DNA of 63,991 nucleotides, filler included, from Bonamia ostreae (GCA_040357525.1; 33 parts of 33 records of this genome joined end to end with filler, not necessarily neighbours in it), one strand, 5' to 3'; positions 25,386 to 39,156 are shown, counted from the whole stretch's first letter. Notes: generated by a model from the sequence alone, not told the origin. Numbers and translations: made by a program.

Positions 25386-26108
25386 TTGATACCCGACACT
25401 ATCGAAACGCTCTTCAATTCTGTCACCGATCCGCTCGCGATCATTCTCTTCGGAATCGTCCGAGTTCTTATCGTCAAATCTCATCGCCAATCTTTCCAAC
25501 AGAACTTCTTCTTGTTCATCATCCGAATAGTTTCTGTTCCGGCGAGAAATGTTCCGCGGAACTCTGACACCGTCATCCGAATCTTCGTATTCGTACATTC
25601 TCCTGCGCCGGTTTTTGTGCGCCAACCGCTCTTCTATTTTCTCTGCGATTCTTTCGAAGAAACTGTCCTCGTCTTCGTCGTCGCCGAAGCGGTGATGTCG
25701 CGAGATGGACCGGTCCCCGGTTCTTTCTTTCAGACTTTCTTCCGCTTCGAAGTGCGAGAAAGACCTTCCCGGCATTCCCGGGCATCCGGCTTGTCCCGGC
25801 ATTCCGGGTCTTCCCGGCATTCCGGATCGTCCGGGTTGGCCGGGTTGGCCAGTTGCCCCGCGCGGGCCGACCAAGCCGATAAGTCCTTGCGAACCGGGGG
25901 AGCCCGGCATTCCAGGTTTTCCGGGTGCGCCGGTGGGGCCTCTTTGGCCAGAAGGGCCGACGATTGTTTTGCCGGGTGCGCCTGGTGCGCCGGGGGCGCC
26001 AGGTCTGCCGGGGACTCCAGGCCTCGCGTGAGGAGGGAGCGGGATGCGAATGTTGAAGTAACGCTTTTCAGCGCAATCGTAGTCGTTATTGAAACTAACT
26101 TTGCTCAT
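25386..26108 (-). CDS. Collagen-like protein (28 Gly-X-Y triplets) with charged D/E/R-rich C-terminal region, partial
   Basis: 6 + 22 GXY triplets with one interruption; GC-rich ORF. Confidence 0.9.
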
Positions 26109-26199
26109 TTTTCAAATCTGTTTTGCTTTAAATTTTTTTTTGCCGTTTTAAGATTTTTCTCAAGATGACGCGATGGCTAAAAAGTTTTTTGGTGGGTTT

Positions 26200-26690
26200 T
26201 TGAGTCAATTGATTTTTTGTCGATTTTTAGTCGTTTTTTAGTCGTTTTATTGTCGATTTTTGGTTATCGATTTCATTTTTGATCGATTTTTAGTCGTTTT
26301 TTATTGATTGTTTGTCGTTTTTTGTCGATTTTTATCATTTTTTGTCATTTTTAATAGTTTTTTTTGTCGTTTTTTGTCGATTTTTGGTTATCGATTTCAT
26401 TTTTGATCGATTTTTAGTCGTTTTTTATTGATTGTTTGTCGTTTTTTTTGTCGATTTTTGTCGATTTTTTTTTGTCATTTTTAATAGATTTTTAGTCGTT
26501 TTTTGATCGATTTCATTTTAATTTTTTGTCGATTTTTGGTTATTGATTTCATTTTTGATCGATTTTTAGTCGTTTTTATTGATTGTTTGTCGTTTTTTGT
26601 CGATTTTTTTTGTCATTTTTAATAGATTTTTAGTCGTTTTTGATCGATTTCATTTTAATTTTTGATCGATTTTTGGTCATTTTTATAACG
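26200..26690. repeat. T-rich minisatellite of GTCGATTTTT/GTCGTTTTT units with higher-order repeats
   Basis: GTCGATTTTTGGTTATYGATTTCATTTTTGATCGATTTTTAGTCG recurs three times. Confidence 0.85.
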
Positions 26691-27009
26691 ATCGAAATGC
26701 CAAATATTAAAATACAGACATTTTCCGAAAAATGAAATAAGAATATATTTATTTAAAAAGGCGTTTGCGAAAAAAACAAACGTTAATTGAAATTAACAAA
26801 GGCGAGAGCGGAGAAATTAAATTTAATTAAAAGTATATTTTTCAATTTTCGCGACATTTGTGGTTTCATGTCGTCTCAATTAAATTTGTGAATTTGTTAA
26901 TCGGATGAATTTATTTGCACCGAAAATTAATTAAATTTCAAAACTTTGACGATCAATTTTTAGATTAAATTTAAACGGCTTAGCGCACTTAGAAATAACG
27001 CATAATTTA

Positions 27010-27228
27010 ATGGACGACGAAGAAGTTTTCGACTCGCCGAGCCAGATTTTTGAACTGACGGAGATTCTGGGAGAAGGCGCTTATGCCAACGTCTACAAAG
27101 GAAAACACGTTTTTACGGAAATCTTTAGATGAAAACCGGACAAGTCGTCGCTATTAAGATTTTGGACGTCGAAGAGGACACTTCCGTTCTGCAGAAAGAA
27201 CTGGAAATACTCGAAAATTGCAAAAATC
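27010..27228 (+). CDS. STE20/MST-family Ser/Thr kinase, N-terminus; 20-nt intron 27109-27128 (not in the ORF track)
   Basis: [51 protein letters not shown]. Confidence 0.85.
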
Positions 27229-28618
27229 NNNNNNNNNNNNNNNNNNNNNNNNNNNNNNNNNNNNNNNNNNNNTTAATTAATTAANNNNNNNNNNNNNNNN
27301 NNNNNNNNNNNNNNNNNNNNNNNNNNNNAATAACTGACTTGTGTAAGGCCCATGAACTCATTTACACTGTATATACTGACTGTTTAACCAATTTCATCAT
27401 TACATGTACATTTTCTGGGCATGAAAATTAGGGTTTAACTGTATTGTATTTGAGAATTTGCAGGCATTAATGCTGGTTTTACTGTAGCAAATATTACTTC
27501 CGCCGGTAAAACAGATGTTTGCAAGTTTCAAAATAACATAAAAGTTTACCAGAAAATCCTGGATCATCAATAATAGCCTAGTATAATTTGATTCCGTACA
27601 TACTCAAGGAAACAGTGGTAACAATTGGGCTAGACCTGTTTGTCATTCTTTACAATGAAATGTATTTGTAATTTAGATATCGAGTTAACCTCAGTAGAAG
27701 ACATTGGCAGTACAAAAAAGAGATTCCGTCAAACCAAAAAAGGTATCTTTTCAGATAATGCAAATATTAATACTTTGTCATTGATCAGACATGAAATATC
27801 TTTGGCCATATAATGATTGGTGTTCTTCATGAGTAATACAATTCAGAACATCATTTTTATCAGAAAAACACACAAAGCCTAAATCAAAAGGCAGAGGAAC
27901 GCCAAAGCAGGCCAGAGAGAATGGAAAATTTGAAGGTTGTCCCAGTAACACTGAACTACCTACATCCATTGATGGTAAGTAAACTACATTATTCATAATA
28001 CATGTATTTTTCGCTGTATCTTAAAAAAGATGGTTTGTTAATTCGTTTGGTGAAGCAAGTGACCGTCATCCACTACTCTTCTTAAGAGACATGGAGGATT
28101 GTAACAACACTATCAAAGTCTTCTAATGGTTAAGTTTTGCCTAAACATGCGGAATGAAATTCACAGCTGTCATAGTTTGGGTTTAAATACACCCATGAAA
28201 CTGTAAGCCTTCCTATATATATATTTCAGAATCTCGGAATTGCAAAGAAATATCTTCAGAAAACATGTCAGTTTTGGAAAAAGATGAGGCTACAGGTAAT
28301 GTAAAATATATGCTGAGATTCTAATGGATTCTGTAAAAACTGATTTTTACTTTAAATGAAGATTATTTTTGAATAGGGTACTTATTTGTTCATACAGAAA
28401 ACTGTATATACATGCATATTGATAATATTTGATCAGGACTTTTATCAGATACATCAAAAATGGACCAACTATCAACTGCTAAGATGAAACCATGAAAATA
28501 AGAATTGATGATTTTAAGATGAATTGTCTTTTACATCAAGTAAGAGATAATGATAAAATAAGTACATATAATTTCAAAGAAATTGTATCTACATTATTTT
28601 TTAAAATGTTTCATACAG

Positions 28619-29170
28619 CTTTGGAGTTGGTGCATACTTTATGGTCTTGGAAAGAGGACTATGGTATACCAGTGGCAAAAGTGAATGGTAGAAATGTATC
28701 TGACACAGACATCAGATCTCTTCAGCATGGAGAATGGCTGACAGACTTGGTATAAAATTTGCTACTGACTATAATTTTGTACTAATATGTGTAACGTAAA
28801 GTAAATCCAGAAATTTTTAAGTTGCTTTTGTTTGGTGATGTTTATTCACTAAGTATTACAAATGCGAGTATGAGGGGGATATTAGTCATAAGTCTTATTT
28901 TGCAGACGATTTAGTTCAAATTGATTTTCAATTTAATTTTCAAATTACATGTGTAAATCAATTTTGATATGTTACTTTTTAAAATACAACGCATGGTAAG
29001 ACATCATATTACTTGCAGGTTTTGGACACTTACATCTCAATATTAACAACAGCTGAAAATGATTTGGGAAGGAAAGTTATCCAATATGTGCAGTCTAAGA
29101 TGACAAACATTATCAATGGCACACACCAAATCAGAAATCCAGCAAACTCCAACAATAATAAGAATAGTGT
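28619..29170 (+). CDS. Host Ulp1/C48 peptidase-like exons (often transposon-associated), partial
   Basis: DIRSLQHGEWLTDL|VLDTYISIL matches the DxxxLxxxxWLxDxVIxxY pattern; GTA donor. Confidence 0.5.
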
Positions 29171-29280
29171 NNNNNNNNNNNNNNNNNNNNNNNNNNNNNN
29201 NNNNNNNNNNNNNNTTAATTAATTAANNNNNNNNNNNNNNNNNNNNNNNNNNNNNNNNNNNNNNNNNNNNCCTCTCACCT

Positions 29281-31112
29281 TTTTATTTATTTATTTTTTT
29301 TTTACTTTTTTTCTTTATTTATAAAATTTATTCATTTTATTGTATTGATCGTAGTTTAATACTTTCCTCTACAAATTTGCATAAACTAGTAAGTTTATTT
29401 TTATCAATTAAAAATAATATCTGTGTTTTTTTATTTTTAACTCTAACAGAATTTAAATAAAATTTTCGATATTTAGAATATTTTTTACAATAAAATAAAA
29501 AATGGACAATATTTTCTTTTGTTTTGCATTTGTCACAGTTTTCGGATTTGGTGATTTTCATTTTAAACAAAAAGTAGTTTAAATTTAAGCATCCGCATAA
29601 TATTTTTAATACATATACAAAGTTTTTATTTGAAAATTTTTTTAAGATATTAAAAATTTTAATATTATTAATTATGGCGTGTTTAGCAATTTCGATTGAA
29701 AATTTTGTATTATCGTTAAATTCATTTCTTTTATTATACATACATTCAATCTGGTTTTTAACAAGTATATTTTTAATATTATTTTCTTTGTCATTTTGTA
29801 TATAATTGTTTTCTAGTTCACTATAAATATACCATATTGATTGTTTTTTGTAGAATGATTTATCATTGAAATTATTATTCAAATTTTCAAATTTGACTGT
29901 GTAATTTTTGAATAGCAAAAAGACTCTGTTTTTAATCGTCAACATATTAATGCTATTTAACAAACATAAATAACTTGATCTTTTGTTTATTGACAATAGA
30001 TAGCATAAAGAAATATGCTGAAAAGATTCAAGTTTTTTTAGTCTTGATTTCGTTATTATCAAGATAATAGGACATGAGTAATCGAAAATTGATCTTACGA
30101 ATGACTTGTAAGTGTTAATCAGTATTTTTTTCTTTGCACCTGATATTGAATTTGATAGATATTTTAAAAGATACAAACGTTTTCTAGCTTTTTTTAAATC
30201 AGCGTTCAAATGATAATCAAATTTTAATCGTCTATCAAAAAATATACCAAGATATTTTATTTGGTCAACATATTCAATATTTTCATTGTATAGTTTTATT
30301 TTTTGTGATGGTTTTTTATTATTCGATATAAACATAGCTTTGGATTTTTTTAATGATAATCTTAAATTTAAGATATCTGTGATGCTTGTTAATTTTTTTA
30401 ACGCGTTGTTTATAAAAGAAAACATTGATTTTTCATCTTTATTAGACGTATACATGTATATATCGTCTGCAAATGCTCTTATTTTAACATTTTTATAATT
30501 TTCGTCTAAGACGGAGTTGATATAAATATTAAATAAAACAGGAGACAATGGACTCCCCTGTGGAAGTCCGTATTCAAGTTTCAAAATTTTACTATTTTTA
30601 TTTTTAAAATTAGTGCAAGCAAATCTTGCACTCAGAAAATGTTTGAAATAAATTAACATTTCATTATTAATGCCAATATTTTCTAACATTTTATACATTA
30701 ATTTTCTATCAACTGTGTCATAAGCTTTTGTTATATCTAAGAATACAACAATCATGGATTTTTTATTATTATATGTTTCCAACATATTTTCATAAAGATT
30801 AATAATATTATTATAAGTATTTTTATTTTTTATGAACCCATGCTGGGCATCATTAATAATATTATTTTTCCTTAAATAAAAATTTAATTTTTTTAAAATT
30901 ATCTTATCGTAAATTTTACTTACTACACTAAGTAATGAAATAGGTCTTATGTCATTCAGTTTAACATATTCTTCATTTGTTTTTGGTAATGGAATTATAT
31001 TAGCAGTTTTTAGTTGATTTGGAATACCATTTTTTATAATTTTTTTAAACAGATTTATCAAATATATACTCGAAATTTTTTTGCTTTTAATAAACATATT
31101 TTGATGTATTTT
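29281..31112 (-). mobile_element. Non-LTR retrotransposon (LINE) 3' half: RT ORF 29337-31097, C-terminal CCHC finger, A-rich tail
   Basis: RPISLLS, QHGF, FLDITKAYDTV, GLPQGSPLSPVLFNIY, AFADD, KYLGIFFD, CDKCKTKENIVHFLFYC; A/TAAA-rich tail after the stop. Confidence 0.93.
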
Positions 31113-31212
31113 NNNNNNNNNNNNNNNNNNNNNNNNNNNNNNNNNNNNNNNNNNNNTTAATTAATTAANNNNNNNNNNNNNNNNNNNNNNNNNNNNNNNN
31201 NNNNNNNNNNNN

Positions 31213-32856
31213 ATATCCTTTCGATCCTTCCAATGTTTCTTTTTTAAACAGAACTTCCTCGCTCAGTTTTATTCCACCGAAGAAGAAAAACAACTTTGTC
31301 GCAAAAACATAGCAGACGATATTTGCGACGAAGTCTACAGCGTTGAAAGCTCAAGATTGTTGACTTTGCTCAACCAATCTTTAAAATGGCAACAGAGCAT
31401 CGGCGTTCTCCCAAAAGGCTCGAAACTGGATCTCCTCAGAAACAGTTCACTGAGCGAGCGAACTCAGAGGGAAAAAGTCATCACCAAACTAGACAATGAA
31501 ATAAAGGTTTCCAAATTGTTCATTTCATTAATCGAGCTTACGGACTTTATTCAAATTAAGTTAATATGTGTAAAAATGCATTTTTATCAATCGATTTATT
31601 ATCTTAATAATGATTTACATATCCCACTTAAATTTTCGAAGATTTGTCGTTTTTAGTTATACGACAAATCAAATCACCCTTAAATTTCTGTCTTAATGTG
31701 ACCGCCGCTTCGTTTTCGAACATTTTTCTAGATCGATTTTGTAAACTTGTACTTAATCTACAATAATGTTCAAACTTGCACAAAGTTTGGAGACGGCGAC
31801 ACACACGCGGAAAGCGCGGTGTTCTCTCCAGACGGGCAACTGTTGGCAACAGGGACCACAGACGGGTTTATCGAGATATGGGATTTCGACACAGCGAAGC
31901 TCAACACAGATCTCAAATACCAAGCAGCAGACGAATTGATGATACACAGCGACGCAGTGCTCTGCCTCTGCTTTAGCACAGACAGCGAAAAACTAGCCGT
32001 CGGCACAAAAGACGGTCAGATCAAGATCTTCCGCGTTTCAGACGGAGAGTGCATCCACTACTTCAAGGAAGCGCACGGTGCCGGAGTGACATGTTTGTCT
32101 AAACCAATTTCCACAGCCGTCAAGTTTTCCGGCGACGGATCGCAAGTTCTCAGTTCCTCGCTCGACTTCACAGCCAAAATCCACGGCGTGCGCTCGGGCA
32201 AAACACTAAAAGTCTTCCGTGGACACAAATCGTTCGTTAACGACGTCCATTTTGCGAATGTTTTCAGCGACTAACAACAAAGAGCAATAACATTTTAACG
32301 GCGTCATCCGACGGGACTATGAAACTGTGGAGCATAAAAGATAGCAGTTGTGTCCACACAATAAATTCTGGTGACAAAGAATCAGCGATCGTCTCGATTT
32401 GTCCTTTTCCGAGAAAAAACGACCTTTTCTTCGTTTGTTCTCGTTCGCCGTCGGTTCATTTGATCAGGTCTAACGGTTCTGTGCTCAAGTCCTACGCTGC
32501 TCCGCCAAGGAATGGCGTCGAAGCCTGTTTTGTAGCAATTGCTACATCCTCTTTGGGTAAATATCTGTATTGTGTTGATGAAAAGAATATTTTATATTGT
32601 TTTTTGGTTGAAACCGGAAAGCTTTTACACGCGGTGAAAGTTTTTTTAGTTAAAGTTAATTCCGCCGTCAAATTTTGCAAAAAATTTGATTTTGCCGAAT
32701 TTTAAAGATTAAAATTTGGTTTTAAATCATCAAAAACATTTTAATTTGAAGACACATGAAAAAGGGGTACTTGGAATAAGACATCATCCGCATTTGAACA
32801 TTTTGGCGTCCTTTAGTTTGGACCATTCGTTAAGACTGTGGCGACCAAAAAAGTAA
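31213..32856 (+). CDS. SMU1: WD40 spliceosomal B-complex protein SMU1, 3' two-thirds; tiny introns 32093-32116 and 32260-32282 plus two longer ones
   Basis: SRLLTLLNQSLKWQQ, FSPDGQLLATGTTDGFIEIWD, DLKYQA, KIHGVRSGKTLKVFRGHKSFVND, HHPHLNILAS. Confidence 0.93.
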
Positions 32857-33158
32857 ATATTTTAAAAACTAATTTTAAATGTCTTTAACTGAATTAAATT
32901 AATCGATAAATTTCCCCCAACCTCTGTATATTTTCTTCGTTTTTGAAGATAAACATCTCAAAAAGATAAACAATTTCAATATTTTTTTGTTGAATTTATT
33001 TTTTTCCAATGAGCTTTTTTTTGCGTTTTTTAGAGTTGAATTTTATTCTTCGTNNNNNNNNNNNNNNNNNNNNNNNNNNNNNNNNNNNNNNNNNNNNTTA
33101 ATTAATTAANNNNNNNNNNNNNNNNNNNNNNNNNNNNNNNNNNNNNNNNNNNNTTCAG

Positions 33159-34718
33159 GAAAATTTCGACATCGATTGCAAAAAGTTCCAAAGTTCATGT
33201 CCAATAACGTTCATGTCTACAGAGGCTTACAAATGTAAGCATATACATGTAGATACCATGTTGGAGGTAATACCCACGGAAATATTTATGATATATGTAA
33301 TAATAAATTGATTGTTAATGAAGGGGCAAAAGGCATTTAAAGTGAAGAACTTTTTACATCAATTTCAAGGAGTATTCACCTGAAATAAAACGCATTGATA
33401 TGATATTACTATTACAGTACATCAGAGAAACGTTGTTTGTATCATCACTAAGTAAACCAAAGAATCATGTTCTGATACTGTTTCATGTCCGTTTTGCTCG
33501 TCAATAACATAAACTACAGTGTTAGATTTTCAGAAAAACCACATCATCTTACCGGAATGTCTATGTACCCACCAATAGTTCTTCAGTAAACAAAATACTA
33601 ATATTTAACTAATAACTCTGGTTAAGTTTATTTTATTAATGAAATGTATAACTAAAAGTGATGAATCGGAACTCCTATAGGCAATACAAAATAGACAGTT
33701 GGTGAAACACGAACCCCGATCAGTTCAAAATACAATTTACTATAGCATTTTTGCATTCATCATATGAATTTTCTGCAAAGTTTTGTTCCAATTTCACATT
33801 TCACAAAATATATTCACATGTACAAGTCTAATACATAACATCCAATGATCAAAACACTATCGAACAGCAGCTGTGAGATTCAAGTATGGAATTCTCATTC
33901 ATCAAAATGCTGTCTGTCAGTGCCAATGAGTTATGGATCAAATTAAAACTAATTTTTCTGAGTGATTCTTGCAATGCTCATTTATTCCTTTTTATTGTAA
34001 TCAATGTGCAATCAGAGAAATATTGATGAATTTTAGTAGGGTCCTGAAATAAGCTTGGTAGAATCCCAACATTCTGACTGAAACGTAAACNNNNNNNNNN
34101 CCACACGCAGTGAACACAAATTGAATGCAGTCTCAATAAAAATCTATATATACATTGTAAGACGTATAATATTGATGGATATAGTTTTGGATCATTGGAA
34201 TGAATATGCCCTAAAATGTGCCTTTCGCCAAAATTGTTTACTTTTATATAATTAAATTATCAAGCTTGCCTTGTTGTCATAGATCAAGAGTGCTACACAA
34301 TGATAAGCAGACGAACAACACAGTCCGCTACCGAAAAGCCTTTAAAATCACATTCTGAAAGGACATCTTCAACAAGCAGTTCAGATACCAAAACAAAGTA
34401 TGTTTTACATATATGTATGTATGTATGTACAGTGTTGATGAAGACGTTGTGTGTATCTTCTATGCATGACAGAGATTCGTACAATAAACAATGTCTAACA
34501 TGAAATTGAGCCATGACCATCAATATGTTTTACTTTTTGAATTATCTCAATAACGCTTTTCTTTTATAATTTCGAAATTCATTTTAGTGCCGAACATTCT
34601 ACCTACGTCATGTCTATTGTACTTGGAACGATTGCACTGGTTGTTGTGGTCTTAATTTTTATGTTGACGTTGTGGTACTGCTCAAGGAAGCGGAAACAAC
34701 TTTGCAAAAGGAGAAATG
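33159..34718 (+). CDS. Host single-pass membrane protein, three internal exons
   Basis: ENFDIDCKKFQSSCP...EAYK exon, Ser/Thr-rich exon, TM exon IVLGTIALVVVVLIFMLTLWYCSRKRK; GTA donors. Confidence 0.55.
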
Positions 34719-35093
34719 GTAAATTACAAAAAATGTGCAGATATAGGGAAATATTATGCAGCAATATATATTTTGTCATTAGAAAGCTTGATATGGATAA
34801 ATATGACATTTTTCTTGATTGCAGGCAAACAAGCGGAAACGCAAAAATTGTATCAAAGCATCGGGTCATATTAAAACTAACTTGTTGTATAGATTGATGA
34901 TTACTGGAAAAAATAATCAACGTATTTCTTTTTAATCTTCAAATTCAATGAGATATATTATTAATTAACTCCATTTTATGTATCATTTTAACTNNNNNNN
35001 NNNNNNNNNNNNNNNNNNNNNNNNNNNNNNNNNNNNNTTAATTAATTAANNNNNNNNNNNNNNNNNNNNNNNNNNNNNNNNNNNNNNNNNNNN

Positions 35094-36870
35094 AAGTCGA
35101 ATAAGCGATTCTCCATTTTTTCTTTCAAAATTTGCAAATTTCCGATTTCGACAAATTTGTTTTGTTTCAAAAGAAGACAGAAAATGTGTTCGAAAAGATT
35201 TTCGTCGATGTTTGGAAGAATTGAAAAGATTTCAGAAAGAGTTGTTTTACATTGAATTTTTATCATTTTTTCGATTGATTTTATTTCTAAATTAAATTGG
35301 CAAATTTTTAAAAATATTTCGATTTGCAAAAAATTCAAAAAAAACGGCCAAAATCCAAATCGTCTTCGATTTTTAGTTTTTTGACCACATCAAAATCGCC
35401 TTGGACGCTGTCAATTTCGTTAAAAATTCCGTCAAATTTGGTCTCAATTTCTTTTACCAAAAAATCAAAAAATTGTTTTAGCGATTTGACCAATTTTTGA
35501 TTTTTCTCAAATTCTTCATTTTTAGAATCAACATTTTCGCCATTTTTGTCACTAAAATTCAGCTTTTCCAAAATTTTCGCGCAAGTTTTTCCAAAATTAG
35601 CCAAAACGATTTTTTTAAAATCGACAAAGTTTTTGTAAAATTTGGCCAATTTTTCTTCGAAAAAATTTTTGAGACTGAACAGAAAATTGCTTGCGACTTT
35701 TTGCGCCATCTTTTTGTTTTCGTCTGCGAATATCGGGCCAAAATTGCCAATTAGACATTTAATCGCCAAAATTTCCAGAACAATCTGGATTTGTTCGTCT
35801 TTGTAGAAACTTTTGCTCAGTTTGATCAACATCAAATCCATTTTTTTAATTTTGTTCAAATTTTTGATTTTTTGAGTGCACATTCTTGCCGTCTCTTCAA
35901 AATTCCTATTTTCCAAATTTGTTCTTTTTTCCAAAATTCGTCCATTATCAGTTTCGTCTTTGCTCAAAATTGGTTCTTCGTCACTAAAATCGGCTAAAAT
36001 GTCGGCCATTTTCCGCAAAATTTGTGCTAAGACATCTTTTTCGAATCGATCAAAATTGATTTTTTCGCCATTTTGGGGCGTCAGACTTTTCAAGTCGATG
36101 AACTGGACATTTTCCGAGTTGTCAAAATTGGCCATTGAAATGTTTTGAATCAAAGGAGAACTGCTGCTTCGCCTTAAAACAAGTTCGGTTTTGACGTTTC
36201 TGTTTCTTTCGATGAAAATCGGACATTTCGGAAATTGATCTTTCATTTCTAAAATCGTTCCTTCCAAAGAAATTCCCTTTCGGTTTATCTGGACGCTGCT
36301 TCCGGCTCTCAGCGATTTGTTGTCGCCGCTGAGAATTTTTAGTGCCGCCAACAAATTTTTTTTGAGATTAAATTTTTTTCTGTCGCAATTATTGGCGAAA
36401 AATGGCTTTGAGATCGCCTCAACGGCTTCTTTCGACAGTTTGTCGGTCGAGTTGAGCAAATAAACGAACAAATCAGAAAATTCCGATTTTACTAGAGTTG
36501 CGGACTTTCCTGTCCATATAATTTTTTTGTTTTTGTTTTCGAAAAGTCGGCGCGTTTTTTCGATTGAAATGATGTTGTTTTTCTCTTTTGCGAACTTTTC
36601 GCAGAAATTGCGGCAGTCGGATAAATGGCCTTGGTACAGAACGCTGTAGCCGAAGTTTTCCAAATCGCTAGAAATGCATTGTTCGTAGAAGCGGCAGATT
36701 TGTGGGTTGGCTGGATCGAACGCGGAGTCGTTTTGCAAAGGGTAATAGCCGTTTGGAGGCGCTTGAATAAAGTTGGAGGGGTCAAAGATGACTGTGATCT
36801 TTTGGTTTTGCGACAGTGACAAAGCCGGGAACAATCCTTGTGATATGTTGAAGTTTTGCACTGCCGTCTG
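35094..36870 (-). CDS. Fragment of a large protist protein beginning with the end of a SPRY/B30.2 domain
   Basis: 508-codon ORF; GLFPALSLSQNQKITVIFD...FIQAPPNGYYPL. Confidence 0.6.
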
Positions 36871-37079
36871 TTTTCAAGGTTTTATTAATTTTATTTTTTA
36901 TCAAAAGTTTTTTAAAAATAATAATAATTTCNNNNNNNNNNNNNNNNNNNNNNNNNNNNNNNNNNNNNNNNNNNNTTAATTAATTAANNNNNNNNNNNNN
37001 NNNNNNNNNNNNNNNNNNNNNNNNNNNNNNNAGAAAAGAAGCCGTTGAGTTGATTATCAGACCAGATTTTTAGACCAGG

Positions 37080-38868
37080 CAGACGGTACACGTTTCCTTA
37101 CTGGATGAGTGGTGTAACTGCCACAATTGTAAACTGATGCCAAGCAATGAAGAGAATGTTTGCTGTCGCGACTTGGACGTTGTTATTCCAAGTTTCGAAC
37201 GAGATTGGATTTTAATACATCCCTATTACGACATGCTCATTCGTAATCCTGAAGTATTACCGATTACTTTTATCAAGATCATGATGTTTAAACTACAACA
37301 CGGTCGGATACCTGAACATTTGAACAACATGTAAGGAAATACGTAAAATTTAAAAGAATAACTCAAATGTGATAGAATTAAATATTAGAACAGAAAAAAG
37401 TATATTTATTTGGGCGAGGAAAGATTATTGATTGGTTATTTATTTATATGGGGGGACGGAGGGGATGGTATGAGATTATCAAGGGTTGATCTGATTTCGA
37501 TTAAATTTTCCAAGTTTGGTACACTCCATACATAATGTTTATATTTGTAGACAATCTCGTCTTGTGCTATACAGACAATTTGTGTGTTGGATGCTGAGAG
37601 GAGAACGACAGGGGAAAGGCAAAAGAGTTGTGATTCCTTCTTGTGTTATCTGTGACATCAGAAAAGCATTTTCAGATAACAACACTGATCCTACCGGGTT
37701 TAAGGCAGTGCTAAATGATGCCCGATAACTTCTTTTGTGATTGAAATTCCAATGCATGCACATTTCCAGGTTTATCTTTTCCTCTATATTTCAGTGATTT
37801 TTTCATGCAAGTAAATTTACAAAATTTGGCACATGTATGAAAGTAATTTATCAGTTCACATTTTATACATTGTAAATTGATTATTATGCAATGTTAGGAT
37901 CAAGAAAGTTAGCAATGTTTTCTCAAAATCAAAGACAAACGCAGATATGTTCAGACCCCAAAACAATTTCAGCTCATATAATCCACATTAGAGTTCAACT
38001 GATACACATGTGGGTAATATCTGATAGTTTTACATCATTTATGCTCATTTTGCTTAGAACATTTGGAAAGTAAGTGTACAACTAACATTCTGTAAAATTA
38101 TTATTAAAACATAAAGCAATTTTACATATAGATAGGCAATTGTATTAATGCCAATCATAAATGTCATATCTATTGGTATTAGAAAAGTAGCAAATATTTC
38201 TTGTCAAACAAATCGACCTCTACATCTACATTCAAAAACACCTTGCACCCAATGATCATAAGAAATAATATTCAGGCTTCTTGTTAACCTTATTAACATT
38301 TCCCAAATTTTGAATACAATTTTTGGATCAATTCCATTTGGGTGGAGCTGGTACTTGTGTAATGTTTCTTTTAATAGGAAGCACTGGGTTGATCCTCTGC
38401 AATAATACAAGCTCCATAATAGTCGAGACCCATCCACAATATTTATCACTATCAACTGGTTTTGATACCCAGTGAGCTGTTGGTTTGACAAAATGAAAAC
38501 AAAGAACCTTATCAATGTGATTTTCATCGCCCAGATACAAGAAATTTAAAACATTTACAACGTCAAACATCAATGAAAATATACAAGAATTGCTTGAAAA
38601 TTTTATTGCAAGTATTATTTTTAGAACTCGTATACGGGGATTTTTGTAATATCTCGAAAAGATAACAGTCTAGCGTCAGACACTTGTAATCTTTAACATT
38701 GAAGTCAAGACCTTCGTAACGTCGAGTCATACATACATGTATGTAATGTAGCCCTAAGCTTTTTGAACGGATGGATCCTTTGGAGAAGAATGGAACCAGG
38801 TTGCGGTGCCTCGGAGATTGCCCCTTCACACCAATTATATTATCTATGTAAAGTCTTCCCAACAGTTG
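37080..38868. mobile_element. Decayed Kolobok(P)-like DNA transposon (host): P2X7 C-terminal-like ORF (+, 37096-37728) converging on transposase remnants (-, 38204-38868)
   Basis: WCNCHNCKLMPSNEENVCC...RLVLYRQFVCW...KRVVIPSCVICDIRKAF; opposite strand has frameshifted HWVSKPVDSDKYCGWVSTIMELV. Confidence 0.65.
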
Positions 38869-39156
38869 NNNNNNNNNNNNNNNNNNNNNNNNNNNNNNNN
38901 NNNNNNNNNNNNTTAATTAATTAANNNNNNNNNNNNNNNNNNNNNNNNNNNNNNNNNNNNNNNNNNNNTGTTTTGCCCGAAAATTAAATTTTATTTTTGT
39001 CTGTTTGTTCGAAAATTAAATTTTTTTGTCTGTTTGTTCGAAAATTTATTTTTGTCGCGTTTTAGTTTTTTTAATTTTCGAGGTCGAATTTTAAAAATTT
39101 AGTTTTGAAAAAATTTTAGTGGATCGTTTCAATTTGAGGTTTCCAAAATTTGCAAA

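Noticed and set aside
25386-26168. Long + strand ORFs, including a Gly/Pro-rich one at 25705-26031
   Set aside because: Antisense shadows of the collagen-like gene (GGN/CCN symmetry)
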